Part shown: positions 1-9,511 of the stretch, one piece after another
Layout: each line of letters opens with the position of its first letter
How positions within the stretch are numbered: the first letter of the stretch is position 1
Source: Limulus polyphemus
Taxonomy: Eukaryota
Length of the DNA: 12,080 nucleotides
Assembly: GCF_000517525.1 (NCBI RefSeq)
Contig: NW_013666257.1
Coordinates: 131,399 to 143,478, forward strand
Direction of reading: 5' to 3'
Notes under the pieces: generated by a model
Databases searched by the model: none
What the model was told of the DNA's origin: nothing
What the model saw: the letters and a program-made list of their open reading frames with translations, nothing else
Position numbers and translations under genes: made by a program

Positions 1-805
1 AAGCCATCTCCAAGCATTATATGTAATATTATTGAGCATTGTGCATTCATGCAAGATTTATGTTTTAGCCTTTAAACTTGAACAGTTAGATATCGGTAAA
101 TTATATGTTTCATTGTTGAATTTTAGACATTTTCTTTATATATTTTGTTAATGGTAATTGTTTCCTGTAAAAACTCATGAAGAAGAATCTGGGGTGACCA
201 ATTCCTTCTAATTTTTTTCAATCCATATGCAAAATTATTTTTTTATGTGCACCAGTATCAAGGCAATGCTTGGATGTGTGCAACTAGTTTCTTTTTGAGG
301 GTGATGGTATTTTTAGACCATCAACCCTATTGGATCATTAGGCCACTTTGCAATGCTACCAGTTGGTTATTTGGGCTTTAGGACTATCGACCTGCCAGGG
401 TCATTCAGGCCGTCAATGTGTTGAGACTGCTCACCATTACTGAGGATGTGTGCAACTTGAATAATTAAATGCACAGCACTTGAGTGGTTATTCTGCGGCC
501 ATGCAGCTTAGAGGGAAAACTGGTGGAGAACCATACTTTTAATGGACTTCTGATTTTTTTGGTTTGATTTAGACAATATTTTTGGGTTTATGAAGGCAAG
601 AGCAGAATAAAAAGTTTCAATTCACTTGTGAAAGACACTTTCTAAGCTACTTTGAAAGAAGAATATAACTATAGTGTTGTGGCAGTATGTGGAGGTGTGA
701 TTTTAACTTAATAAAAAATGTATTTATGTCTCATAACTCTCCTCAACTTAATTTATTCTGCATGCAAATTTCCTTGGTTTTAATATTAGTTTTTATATTC
801 ACATG

Positions 806-825
806 TATATATATATTTAAAAACT
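806..825 (+). promoter_or_regulatory. TATA-like element (tatatatatatttaaaaa) ~60-90 bp upstream of the candidate MVP start codons. Possible core promoter.
   Basis: A/T-alternating TATA-like run sits directly 5' of the first coding exon. No upstream non-coding exon can be excluded. Confidence 0.25.
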
Positions 826-911
826 GGGCATTGGATAATTTTAAATACTTGTTTTTAATTTCTATTGTAAAGTTTGATGGAATGGAACAGTTTCCGTTAT
901 CATATGCTAAG

Positions 912-1066
912 ATGGCAGGAACAAAGCAAGATTTAAAATGCCAAAGTGATGATGATAGCATCTACCATATTCCCCCATATTACTACTTGCACGTGTTAGA
1001 CCAGACAACTAATGTAACAAGAGTCGAAGTTGGACCACAAAACTACATTCGGAAAAACAATGAAAG
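912..1066 (+). CDS. MVP: Major vault protein, coding exon 1. Start codon is ATG at 912 (alternative in-frame ATG at 882). The exon ends in phase 2 at an AG|GTAAAG donor.
   Basis: Translation [51 protein letters not shown](R) matches the conserved MVP N-terminus ([33 protein letters not shown]). ATG 912 has good Kozak context (gctaagATGG). A GTAAAG donor lies at 1067-1072. The split codon AG|G gives Arg once joined to exon 2. Confidence 0.8.
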
Positions 1067-2028
1067 GTAAAGAATTAAAAAAACATATATCTTATTTACA
1101 TATAATTGCAACACTAGGTTTTTTAATTATATGAAAAAATAAAACCTAACTAGACAAGCTTGCAGCAAGAAGGTCTTTACATTTAACACTGTCCTTTAAA
1201 ATCAAGCTGCATACTATTTTTATTACCTTATCTGAGAATGAATGGTTTATTGAAACATAAATCCCAAAAAACTGTTTTGTTTTTAGGTCATGGATAGGCC
1301 TGTCATAAGTTTGCAGTTGTCATATGAAAACATGATAGGATATTTTTAAAAAACGACATTTATACATATTTGATATCTTTGGAATAAGACAAAACTTGAA
1401 CTACAAAAAAAATATGTAAAACTTTGTCTTGTACTTAAGTATTTCCAGTACATTTAAATATTTTTTTTTGGTTTTTACTTATGATGAAAGCAGTAAATAT
1501 GAGAAAATTTACCATTGAATATGTTTTGTTCTTTGATAAACAAGAAGGTAGTCAAAGACCTTTCGAAAAGATGATCATAAAATAACAGTTTATCTGATGG
1601 CCTTGAAGACATTAATGGGACTCTGCAATTCTCTGTTCCACAGATTTTTACATACATACAGATATTTAATGAGATTGATGTCAATTTATCTTTAGTATTT
1701 AGTGCTATTGATACTAAGTTATTGATTAAGACTGGTGCTGTGTAAAAAGTATTATGTTACACTTTTTTTTTTACATATTAAATTCCCTGAATTTATAACA
1801 ATCTAACCACCATATTTTGTAGGCTATAGCAAAGGTGACTTGATAAATGAAATATGTGCGATACTTCTCAAACAGTTGTTCAGGTAATAGTTGGAATCTT
1901 AACTTAAAATACAGGCTTTGACTTAAAGCACTTGCATTTTAAATTCAAGAACAGGTAATGAGCCACCATATAAAACATGAGCTCCGTAATACTTCATCAG
2001 ATAGAATGAATCATCAGAAGTAGTGTGA

Positions 2029-2141
2029 CCCCCAGTGACACAGTAGCATGCTAGAAACCATGTTTTGATACCCATGGTGGGCAGAGCACAGATATCCCAT
2101 TGTGTAGTTTTATGCTTAACGTCAAACAAACAAGCAAACAG
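2029..2141 (+). mobile_element. tRNA-derived SINE-like repeat, copy 1. Head is partly deleted; tail is (CAAA)n-like.
   Basis: cccagtgacacagtagcatgctagaaaccatgttttgatacccatggtgggcagagcacagatatcccattgtgtagttttatgcttaac is ~80% identical to the element at 3657-3770. It has a B-box-like gttttgataccc and a tail caaacaaacaagcaaacag. Confidence 0.5.
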
Positions 2142-2387
2142 AAGTAGTGATGTTTCAGATTTATCAAGATGACTTTTCAATGCCAAAAAAGAACATATTT
2201 ACCATTGTACACTTAAAATGTAATCCAAAAATGTGAAGATAAGACATTCCAAAAAAAAAGTTAAACTTGTATAGTCATGAATGGTGTATAACTGCGTACT
2301 AACATTCAAATGTCACTGAAGATAATCTGTCTCTTCAGTTATACACCAGTGCAGATAATGATCTGGTGTGCAACAACAATGAACACA

Positions 2388-3272
2388 TTTGAAACTATTA
2401 GAGGATCGTGCTGTGTTCCTTGTGTTAATATACGTGTTCTGATAAAATTGAAACTGTTAGAGGATCGTGCTGTGTTCTTTGTGTTAATGTATGTGTTGTA
2501 ATGAAATTGAAACCATTAGAGGGTCATGGTGTGTTCCTTGTGTTAATGTATGTGTTCTTATAAAATTGAAACTATTAGAGGATCGTGCTGTGTTCCTTGC
2601 GTTAATGTATGTGTTATAATAAAATTGAAACCATTAGAGGGTCATGGTGTGTTCCTTGTGTTATTGTATGTGTTGTAATAAAATTGAAACCATTAGAGGG
2701 TCATGGTGTGTTCCTTGTGTTAATGTACGTGTTCTGATAAAATTGAAACCATTAGAGGGTCATGGTGTGTTCCTTGTGTTAATGTACGTGTTATAATAAA
2801 ATTGAAACTATTACAGGGTCATGGTGTGTTCTTTGTGTTAATGTATGTGTTGTAATAAAATTGAAACCATTAGAGGGTCATGGTGTGTTCCTTGTGTTAA
2901 TGTATGTGTTGTAATAAAATTGAAACCATTAGAGGGTCATGGTGTGTTCCTTGTGTTAATGTACGTGTTGTAATAAAATTGAAACCATTAGAGGGTTATG
3001 GTGTGTTCCTTGTGTTAATGTATGTGTTCTAATAAAATTGAAACCATTAGAGGGTCATGGTGTGTTCCTTGCGTTAATGTACGTGTTATAATAAAATTGA
3101 AACCATTAGAGGGTCATGGTGTGTTCCTTATGTTATTGTATGTGTTGTAATAAAATTGAAACTATTAGAGGATCGTGCTGTGTTCCTTGTGTTAATGTAC
3201 GTGTTCTGATAAAATTGAAACCATTAGAGGGTCATGGTGTGTTCCTTGTGTTAATATACATGTTGTAATAAA
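2388..3272. repeat. 59-bp minisatellite in MVP intron 1, ~15 tandem copies with two unit variants.
   Basis: Unit attgaaaccattagagggtcatggtgtgttccttgtgttaatgtatgtgttgtaataaa recurs with an exact 59-bp period (e.g. 2506, 2565, 2624). Variant A (ccattagagggtcatggtgtg) and variant B (ctattagaggatcgtgctgtg) alternate, with B at ~2388, 2447, 2565 and 3158 and A elsewhere. Confidence 0.92.
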
Positions 3273-3656
3273 ATTTCTTGTGCTACTAAATTTAATCCTT
3301 GTTTAGAGAACTTTTGCTTTGTTACAAAAACAATTTTTTACAAAATGAACAAGTTTAAGAGAAATGTGAAAACAAACATATGTACTTATGTCTTATTAAC
3401 CATTGCATAGCAGCTCATAGAATGGCCGAGTTTTTTTCTTTTTTTTCAAGTACAAACTTTTAGCTCATAGCTCCATCATCTCTTGACCAAGTTGAGATCT
3501 AATTACAGGTTTGGACTCAGAAGGTCAAACCCTTTCAAATGATGTAATGATTAATTTACTCTAATCTTGCCTAAAAGAATTTCATGTGGTATAGCTATTG
3601 AATATTCCTTTTTGTTTTCACCATAATTATTATGCCTCTTAATTTCCAATATGCCT

Positions 3657-3770
3657 CCCAGTGGTTCAGTGGTATGTCTGCAGATTTGTAGCACTAGAAA
3701 TCAGGTTTTGATACCAGTGGTGGGCACAGCTCAGATAGCCCATTGTTAGCTTTGTGCTTAACTACTAAAA
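3657..3770 (+). mobile_element. tRNA-derived SINE-like repeat, copy 2 (more complete tRNA-like head).
   Basis: cccagtggttcagtggtatgtctgcagatttgtagcactagaaatcaggttttgataccagtggtgggcacagctcagatagcccattgttagctttgtgcttaac. A-box-like tggttcagtgg and B-box-like ggttttgatacc are present. It is in the same orientation as copy 1 and is bounded by unrelated sequence on both sides. Confidence 0.55.
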
Positions 3771-4626
3771 CATTTCCAATACTTGGTGTTGTAAGACTAT
3801 AGTAGGTTAGCTCTATTTGTGAAAAATGAGTATACCTTCTGAATTAAATTTTATTGCTATATTTAATTGATTAGAAGCTCATTACAAAATATGATGATAA
3901 CTAAATATACACAATTAGTTCTATGAATGAGACAATGCATTTTGTGCAGAATGTTAATTGTTATTGGGTGCACAAAATTCAGCATTTCTGATAGTTAATA
4001 TAATGAATAAGAGTGTTGGCTGAGTTTATAAATTTGGAGTGGATTAATGTGAGTTTGAGAAGAAGTGGCAAGTGTATTGTAAATAATCCATGCTTTCAAT
4101 AACATTTCTGTTGAAATAGTTAACACAGGATCTAACTTTCTCTCAACCAGAAGCACCTCGAGGATCAGATGTAAAAAAAATGCCAGATTTATCTGATTTG
4201 GGTGAAACTTATAAAAGATTTAGCATATGATGAGAAATGATGATTACAATTTACAGTTACAAAATCATACAAACATTAATAGAGCTATGATTGGCCACAC
4301 CATCAGTAGAAGCCTCAGAGTTAAGGATAGCACTTCTTGTTGTGTAACTGATGGGTTTGATATGTTAGTCTTCTTCTTCTTCCCCTCTTCATTTCATTTG
4401 TTTTTCAGACCAAAGCACAATAGATCTTCAGCAGACAGCTCCAAGCCCTGCTGACCATGACTGAAACTTTGGCATGTCATCATCAATCAGCATTGTTCTC
4501 TTGATTACTTGCATGTGCAAGGTTCTGAGATGTTTAACTTGAAACATAGACTTTTTGACAACCCTTGTTGAGGAAAATCCATCCATCAAGCCCAAAGACG
4601 CTGGAGTGGCACACAAAAATAGGTTT

Positions 4627-5056
4627 GGTGCTGACAAGGACAGTAGTGACAGTAGTATTAGTAGCCTTTCATCAGATCAGAAGATCAAAATAAAAAATCT
4701 CCAACGTCAAACAGACAATGAAGGAAGGTCACTTCGATGGTGCTGACAAGGACTGTAGTATTAGTAGCCTTTCATCAGGTCAGAAGATCAAGAACAAGAT
4801 CTCCAATCTCATACAGACAATGAAGGAAGGTCACTTTGATGGTGCTGACAAGGACAGTAGTATTAGTAGCCTTTCATCAGGTCAGAAGATCAAGAACAAG
4901 ATCTCCAATCTCATACAGACAATGAAGGAAGGTCACTTTGATGGTGCTGACAGGGACAGTAGTGACAGTAGTATTAGTAGCCTTTCATCAGGTCAGAAGA
5001 TCAAGAACAAGATCTCCAACCTCAAACAGACAATGAAGGAAGGTCACTTTGATTTG
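4627..5056 (+). repeat. 102-bp tandem repeat, ~4.2 copies (units 1 and 4 carry a 9-bp gacagtagt insertion). Coding-like, with the period a multiple of three.
   Basis: ggtgctgacaaggacagtagtattagtagcctttcatcaggtcagaagatcaagaacaagatctccaatctcatacagacaatgaaggaaggtcactttgat recurs at 4627, 4739, 4841 and 4943. Spacings are 112, 102 and 102 bp, the fourth unit is 111 bp, and the array decays at ~5056. Confidence 0.88.
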
Positions 5057-5074
5057 AGACTAAAAAAAAAGTAA
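4718..5074 (+). CDS. Hypothetical repeat-encoded ORF (serine-rich 34-aa repeats, MKEGHFDGADKDSSISSLSSGQKIKNKISNLIQT x3.5) nested in MVP intron 1. It may instead be a non-coding minisatellite.
   Basis: A 118-aa ORF stays open across all repeat units. Upstream ORF 4555-4746 encodes the same repeat in another frame. The two frames are separated by a 1-bp difference in a homopolymer A run (aaaataaaaaatc versus aagaacaagatc). No recognisable domain is present. Confidence 0.2.
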   Translation: MKEGHFDGADKDCSISSLSSGQKIKNKISNLIQTMKEGHFDGADKDSSISSLSSGQKIKNKISNLIQTMKEGHFDGADRDSSDSSISSLSSGQKIKNKISNLKQTMKEGHFDLRLKKK

Positions 5075-5593
5075 ACAATTTGTGTGTTTGTGACTACTGC
5101 TAGTAAGTTGGTGCGGCAACTACAAAACCCTGTGTCTTTTTGACTACTCATAACTCACGATTGAAATATGTATTGCATATTTTGGATACAGCAAATTCCA
5201 GACTTTCCAACAATGTATGTAACACCTCCAACAAGCAATAATCAGAATTGCTTGTTCCTTGTCCTGCTACCACAAAAACATTACTCTGCCTCTGGTTGAG
5301 GGAGAGATCCTGAGTTAGTAATTAAGTTTGTTATTTTTACTTTGTCATTCATGGTTATTATTCCTTTTTAAAGTAATAAATATTGGACCAAATTTGCATA
5401 TTTCATTTAGTTTCCAGCTTATCAGTGTTTATTCATCAGTTCAGCTATCAGTAATAAATTAACTAGGTTGTGTGTCTGTATACTTTCATCTTTATTACTG
5501 CATCTGTGACCTACTCAATTATTTTAACCTAAAAGACAGCAGATTGAAAAGGTGTATGTTTAATTGTCTGTGCTCTCATACCTTTATGAAAAG

Positions 5594-5789
5594 GATCATT
5601 TTTGGTCCTGGGAGAATGGTGATCGTTCCTCCTCGTCATTACTGTGTCATCCAGAATCCTGTGGTGCATGACGTTGATAATTCAATCCAATATGATGCTG
5701 CTGGTCAGGTCAAGCTACAGCATGCAGATTTAGAAATTAGATTGGAGCAGGAACCATTTCCTCTTTATCCTGGAGAGTCTCTTCATGTG
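5594..5789 (+). CDS. MVP: Major vault protein, coding exon 2 (phase-2 acceptor, phase-0 donor).
   Basis: Acceptor is ...cctttatgaaaAG|G at 5592-5593, after a pyrimidine-rich stretch. Translation (R)[65 protein letters not shown] aligns with vertebrate MVP [23 protein letters not shown]...[25 protein letters not shown]. Donor is GTAAGC at 5790. Confidence 0.85.
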
Positions 5790-7226
5790 GTAAGCATTTA
5801 CTGTAAAATATATAAAGAATTGTTTGGGTATGATCAAGATAATTGGAATTTTGAAGTTTTATTGTATTTCTGGTGTTAAAATTAAGTTATAAAGAATTAA
5901 ATTAAGGAGATAAATGTTTTTGAAACATAAAAATTCCTTGTAATTTAAATATTCTTATCATATATGTAAGTCAATAAAAAAGTAGTAAGAAATTCTAACT
6001 TAATCAGGCAAAAACACCATTTATGTTGTAGTTATAGTTGTTACTGTTTGTGATTCTCAATAAAGCATGGTTAAACCTGTGATGTACACACATTAGCAGA
6101 TCATACCAGCTGTAGTAATTTCTTTATTAGGGCCTAATTTAAGGAAGTTTAACCATACAACGTTTCAGATGAGGGGTCTCGGAACTATTTAGGTCCCCCA
6201 ACAAGATTCAGAGGAAGTTGAAATTATATGATATTTATTCAAAATGGAAAAAGTATTTACATTATCTTAAAATTTTTTGTTGTGTTATGAAATAAATATC
6301 AATAAATAGTACCACTAATCACATTAACAAGACCACACTAAACTACAAAGATTTTATGAGTTGTAGCAATGATTAGGGCTAGAAGAAATTGATGTGTTAT
6401 CTTCTTTTCTTCATTTTGTATTGGTATTCCATAGGTGTAACACTGATATAATGGTTGTTACATGACTAAAACTGATGTGAAATATATATATCTTTCTACA
6501 TAATATGAATATTTTATTTCTCTGACCTAAAGTACAAACAATCAAATCTCAAAACCTAGTGTTAATTCATTTGGAACCTAACTTGAGGTTGGCTTCGTAT
6601 TTCCCACACTTTTATTAAAGCAAGGTACCATAACTCAGAGATTCGTTATAGGTGTTTAATAGTTTTTTGTTGGAAGTTTTAATTCAACTAGTTTTTTTGT
6701 GTGTGTGTCCCATGCTAATTAATATTTATGGATTCATTGTGTCCTTTCAGAAGTTTTATTGTTTTAAGTTGATTAGCCAGGAGGCATTGTTGAATCAGTG
6801 GTTATTGTGTAGTGTTTTGTCAAGAAGCTCTAACAGTGTATGGAGTCTGTTTTTCTTTTTAAATAAAATAATTATTCCATAGCTATGATTTTAATCTTCA
6901 ATGAAAATTTGTTTACAACGTTTTGTTAGTGTGATAACAAAATTAGTGGGACACAAATGTTGCTTGTTTTAATTGACAAACTCAACATTAATGGACAGAA
7001 AAAGCATTATTTATTAAGTTTTTGTCTGAGTAGTTTTCCAGCTGTGATGAATGAACTTAATAATGAAATTCATCATTTTATTCACACATTAAATTAATAC
7101 TAGTCAAGACAACAAGAGATATTAAAGTATTTAGAAGTTTTTTTTCCTCGGCAGTTCGTGCATAATCAAATGTAAATATATAATGTGTGCACATTTTGTA
7201 AAAGTTTCTAACAATCAATTTTTTAG

Positions 7227-7347
7227 GACATTACACTTTTAAAAGTTGTACCGTCAAACACAGCACTCAGGCTTCGAGCTCTCAGGGATTTCGAGGATGG
7301 AGACGACAAAAAGGTTGCTGGTGATGAGTGGCTGTTTGAAGGCCCAG
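7227..7347 (+). CDS. MVP: Major vault protein, coding exon 3 (phase-0 acceptor, ends in phase 1).
   Basis: Acceptor is ttttAG|GAC at 7225-7226. Translation [40 protein letters not shown](G) matches [45 protein letters not shown]. The donor G|GTTGTA at 7348 is weak, but only this phase rebuilds the Gly codon with exon 4 (g+gg) and keeps GTYIPRK in frame. Confidence 0.78.
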
Positions 7348-9284
7348 GTTGTAATAGTTTTATTTTTTTTAATTATATGAACTGATTGATAGAATAAATT
7401 ACTCATTAGATGCATCACAGGTATAGTTTTTTTTTTTATTAATCAAAAGGTTAACTGTGAAGAGTAACTCGTCTATTTTAGATTAACATTTCTTATTGGC
7501 AGGGTGGTGTAGGATTACTTATTAGAGTCCTGAATTGTGATATTTCATGGGGGGTGTTACTTTAAATACTCTTAAATGTAATCTAATAAAGTTTACTCTA
7601 AAATGTGTGAAATAGTTAAACTAATGTATTTTATAAACTAGTTTTTTATGGAAGTCCACTTTGGATAAATCGGGCATTAATAAAAAGACATTTTAATAAA
7701 AGTCTTCTATTGCAGTGGTTCCTTATCACCGATCCATGAATGTTTTTTTTCTGGTCTGTAGAAATGTCCAGAGAAAAAAAGAAGAGAAAATAAATAAAGA
7801 AAAAAGTATTGTGAAAGATTAATTTATTGTGAACTTTATAATTTGTGTTAGAAGTAGGTAAAAAGTGCTGTGTCCTTCTTAGTTTATCATCAAATAATTG
7901 AGCCTCATGGCTTTCACTTGAAAGCTTCTTGAAAAAGGTAAATTAGGAAACAATATTTGATTGGTCCCAAGTTTTTGACAAAGATTTTACCACTACATGG
8001 AGTGAAAAAGGTTGGGAACCACTGTTATAATGTATTGAATGCCATTTTTTAATGAAAACTCTTTTGAATAATGTTAACTATTTTGAAAATGAGATTTTAT
8101 TTTTACACAAAGTCTGCCTAAAATGAAACCAAAAAATTATAAAATATGTTCCTTTGTATTATGACTGAATATATACTTAAATATCTCTCTCTCTTAACTT
8201 GCCCAAGACTGGGTTTACATGTGTAATAAAGTAAGGTTCATGTCGCTAAAACATTCATAAACAAAATTAAAAAGTTGTCTTATTATGTTTTCATTACCCA
8301 ATTTTTTTTTGCATATGTCTAGTGTAATATGACTTGAGTTATCCTGATCTTATTGAAAATAATACTGAAAGGGTGCCATCGTCAGTAGCTACGGATGTCA
8401 AAGTGTAGTTAAAAGTTATATCTCTTTTCTCTTTTGAAACTTTTACTGAGGCAGTTAAAAACAAATCTGTTTTGTTTATGTTTATTAATCACTCACTGAC
8501 AGGTTTACACGAGATACATTTATCAGTTCACACATCTAAGTCAACTACAGAAAAGCACCATCCAGAAAGAACATCTTTCTAACCATACTAGTGGTTAAAA
8601 GTTTTAGGAAACATATTGTTGTAACCTTGTTCTTTCATTGGTGGGTTCTTTTAAATTATCTGGTGAATATAATTCAGAGTCTAGTCCACGTCAATGACAA
8701 CCAATTAGTTAATTTTTTTTCCTTAATGTTTTTACAAGTTTAAACTTGTAGGCCAACTTTACAAGTGATGCTAACTAAACTATCTAATATAAAGAATAAA
8801 TTTACTTGTACCTCTTCACAACTGATTAATTCACCTCCACCAGCTAGAAACATGTCTACTGTCTTCTTTATGTTTCACTGAACCCAATGTGTATAATCTA
8901 CCTTCTAACTTACTAGAAACTGATGTAAAGTCTTTTAGAACTTTTCAGATGTTCAAGGCCAACATTAAGCTTTTAATCATCATCACTATGCTCCCTCTAT
9001 AAAAGAAACAAGTTACAAGAATATGTTACTATTAAATAACCATATATATGACAAAATCTTTTTTTTTTATCTCTTCAGCCTTTTAACTTGAATATATTTG
9101 ATACAACAGAAGTATGTTATGATTTAAATGTTATTATCTTATTAAATTAACTTTTTCCATCATAAAATTGTAACTTATAGCTTAAGAAATTGTGACTATT
9201 ATTGTCTTATTTGAAAGATGATAATAATATTGTTGAGTACAGTATCAGCAACTAATGGAATTTGATATTTATTTTGTAACATAG

Positions 9285-9511
9285 GGACGTACATTCCTCG
9301 TAAGGAGGTTGAAGTGGTGGAAACAGTGAAAGCTTTTGTAATCAAACCAAACCAGGCTTTAAAACTTCGGGCTCGCATAGAGACAAGAGACAGAGATGGA
9401 AAGATAAGGGTCTGTGGAGAAGAGTGGCTTGTCAGGAAGACAGGTGCTTATCTGCCTGGAGCTTATGAAGAAATTGTTGACATTGTTAATGCATATGTTT
9501 TGACAGAAAAG
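9285..9511 (+). CDS. MVP: Major vault protein, coding exon 4 (starts in phase 1, ends in phase 0).
   Basis: Acceptor is acatAG|GG at 9283-9284. Translation (G)[75 protein letters not shown] matches [53 protein letters not shown]...[22 protein letters not shown]. Donor is AAG|GTAACT at 9512. Confidence 0.85.

Noticed and set aside
687-881. Upstream part of the 127-aa ORF 687-1070 ([13 protein letters not shown]...).
   Set aside because: Low-complexity, AT-driven translation with no similarity to MVP. The MVP match begins only at ~912. The ORF is treated as 5' flank or UTR read-through into exon 1, and the TAA that ends it lies in the intron-1 donor.
2310-2501. ORF 2310-2501 (63 aa) entering the 59-bp minisatellite.
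   Set aside because: Its frame is not maintained through the array, because 59 is not a multiple of 3. It is a translation artefact of the repeat.
2388-3272. Possibility that the regular 59-bp array is a CRISPR locus.
   Set aside because: There are no unique spacers, only contiguous near-identical units, and the sequence context is eukaryotic with a spliced MVP gene. It is a minisatellite.
4227-4454. ORF 4227-4454 (75 aa) and ORF 6652-6882 (76 aa).
   Set aside because: They have no recognisable motifs. One runs through a pyrimidine tract (FFFFPSSFHLFF), and they are better explained as intronic sequence.
743-4637. Minus-strand ORFs 743-961, 1475-1684, 1923-2186 and 4428-4637.
   Set aside because: They are short, with hydrophobic or low-complexity translations typical of AT-rich noise. 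They overlap the + strand MVP exon 1, a SINE-like repeat and the pyrimidine tract respectively. None has a conserved motif.
5472-5593. 5' portion of ORF 5472-5879 and its 3' tail after 5789 ([28 protein letters not shown]).
   Set aside because: MVP similarity starts exactly at the AG acceptor (5593) and stops at the GTAAGC donor (5790). The remainder is intron read-through. The same applies to 9512-9583, 10510-10527 and 10946-11017.
7724-8022. 10-bp inverted repeat cagtggttcc / ggaaccactg ~280 bp apart in intron 3, considered as possible MITE termini.
   Set aside because: The match is too short. Several such 10-bp inverted matches within 500 bp are expected by chance in 12 kb, and there is no convincing TSD or extended terminal similarity.
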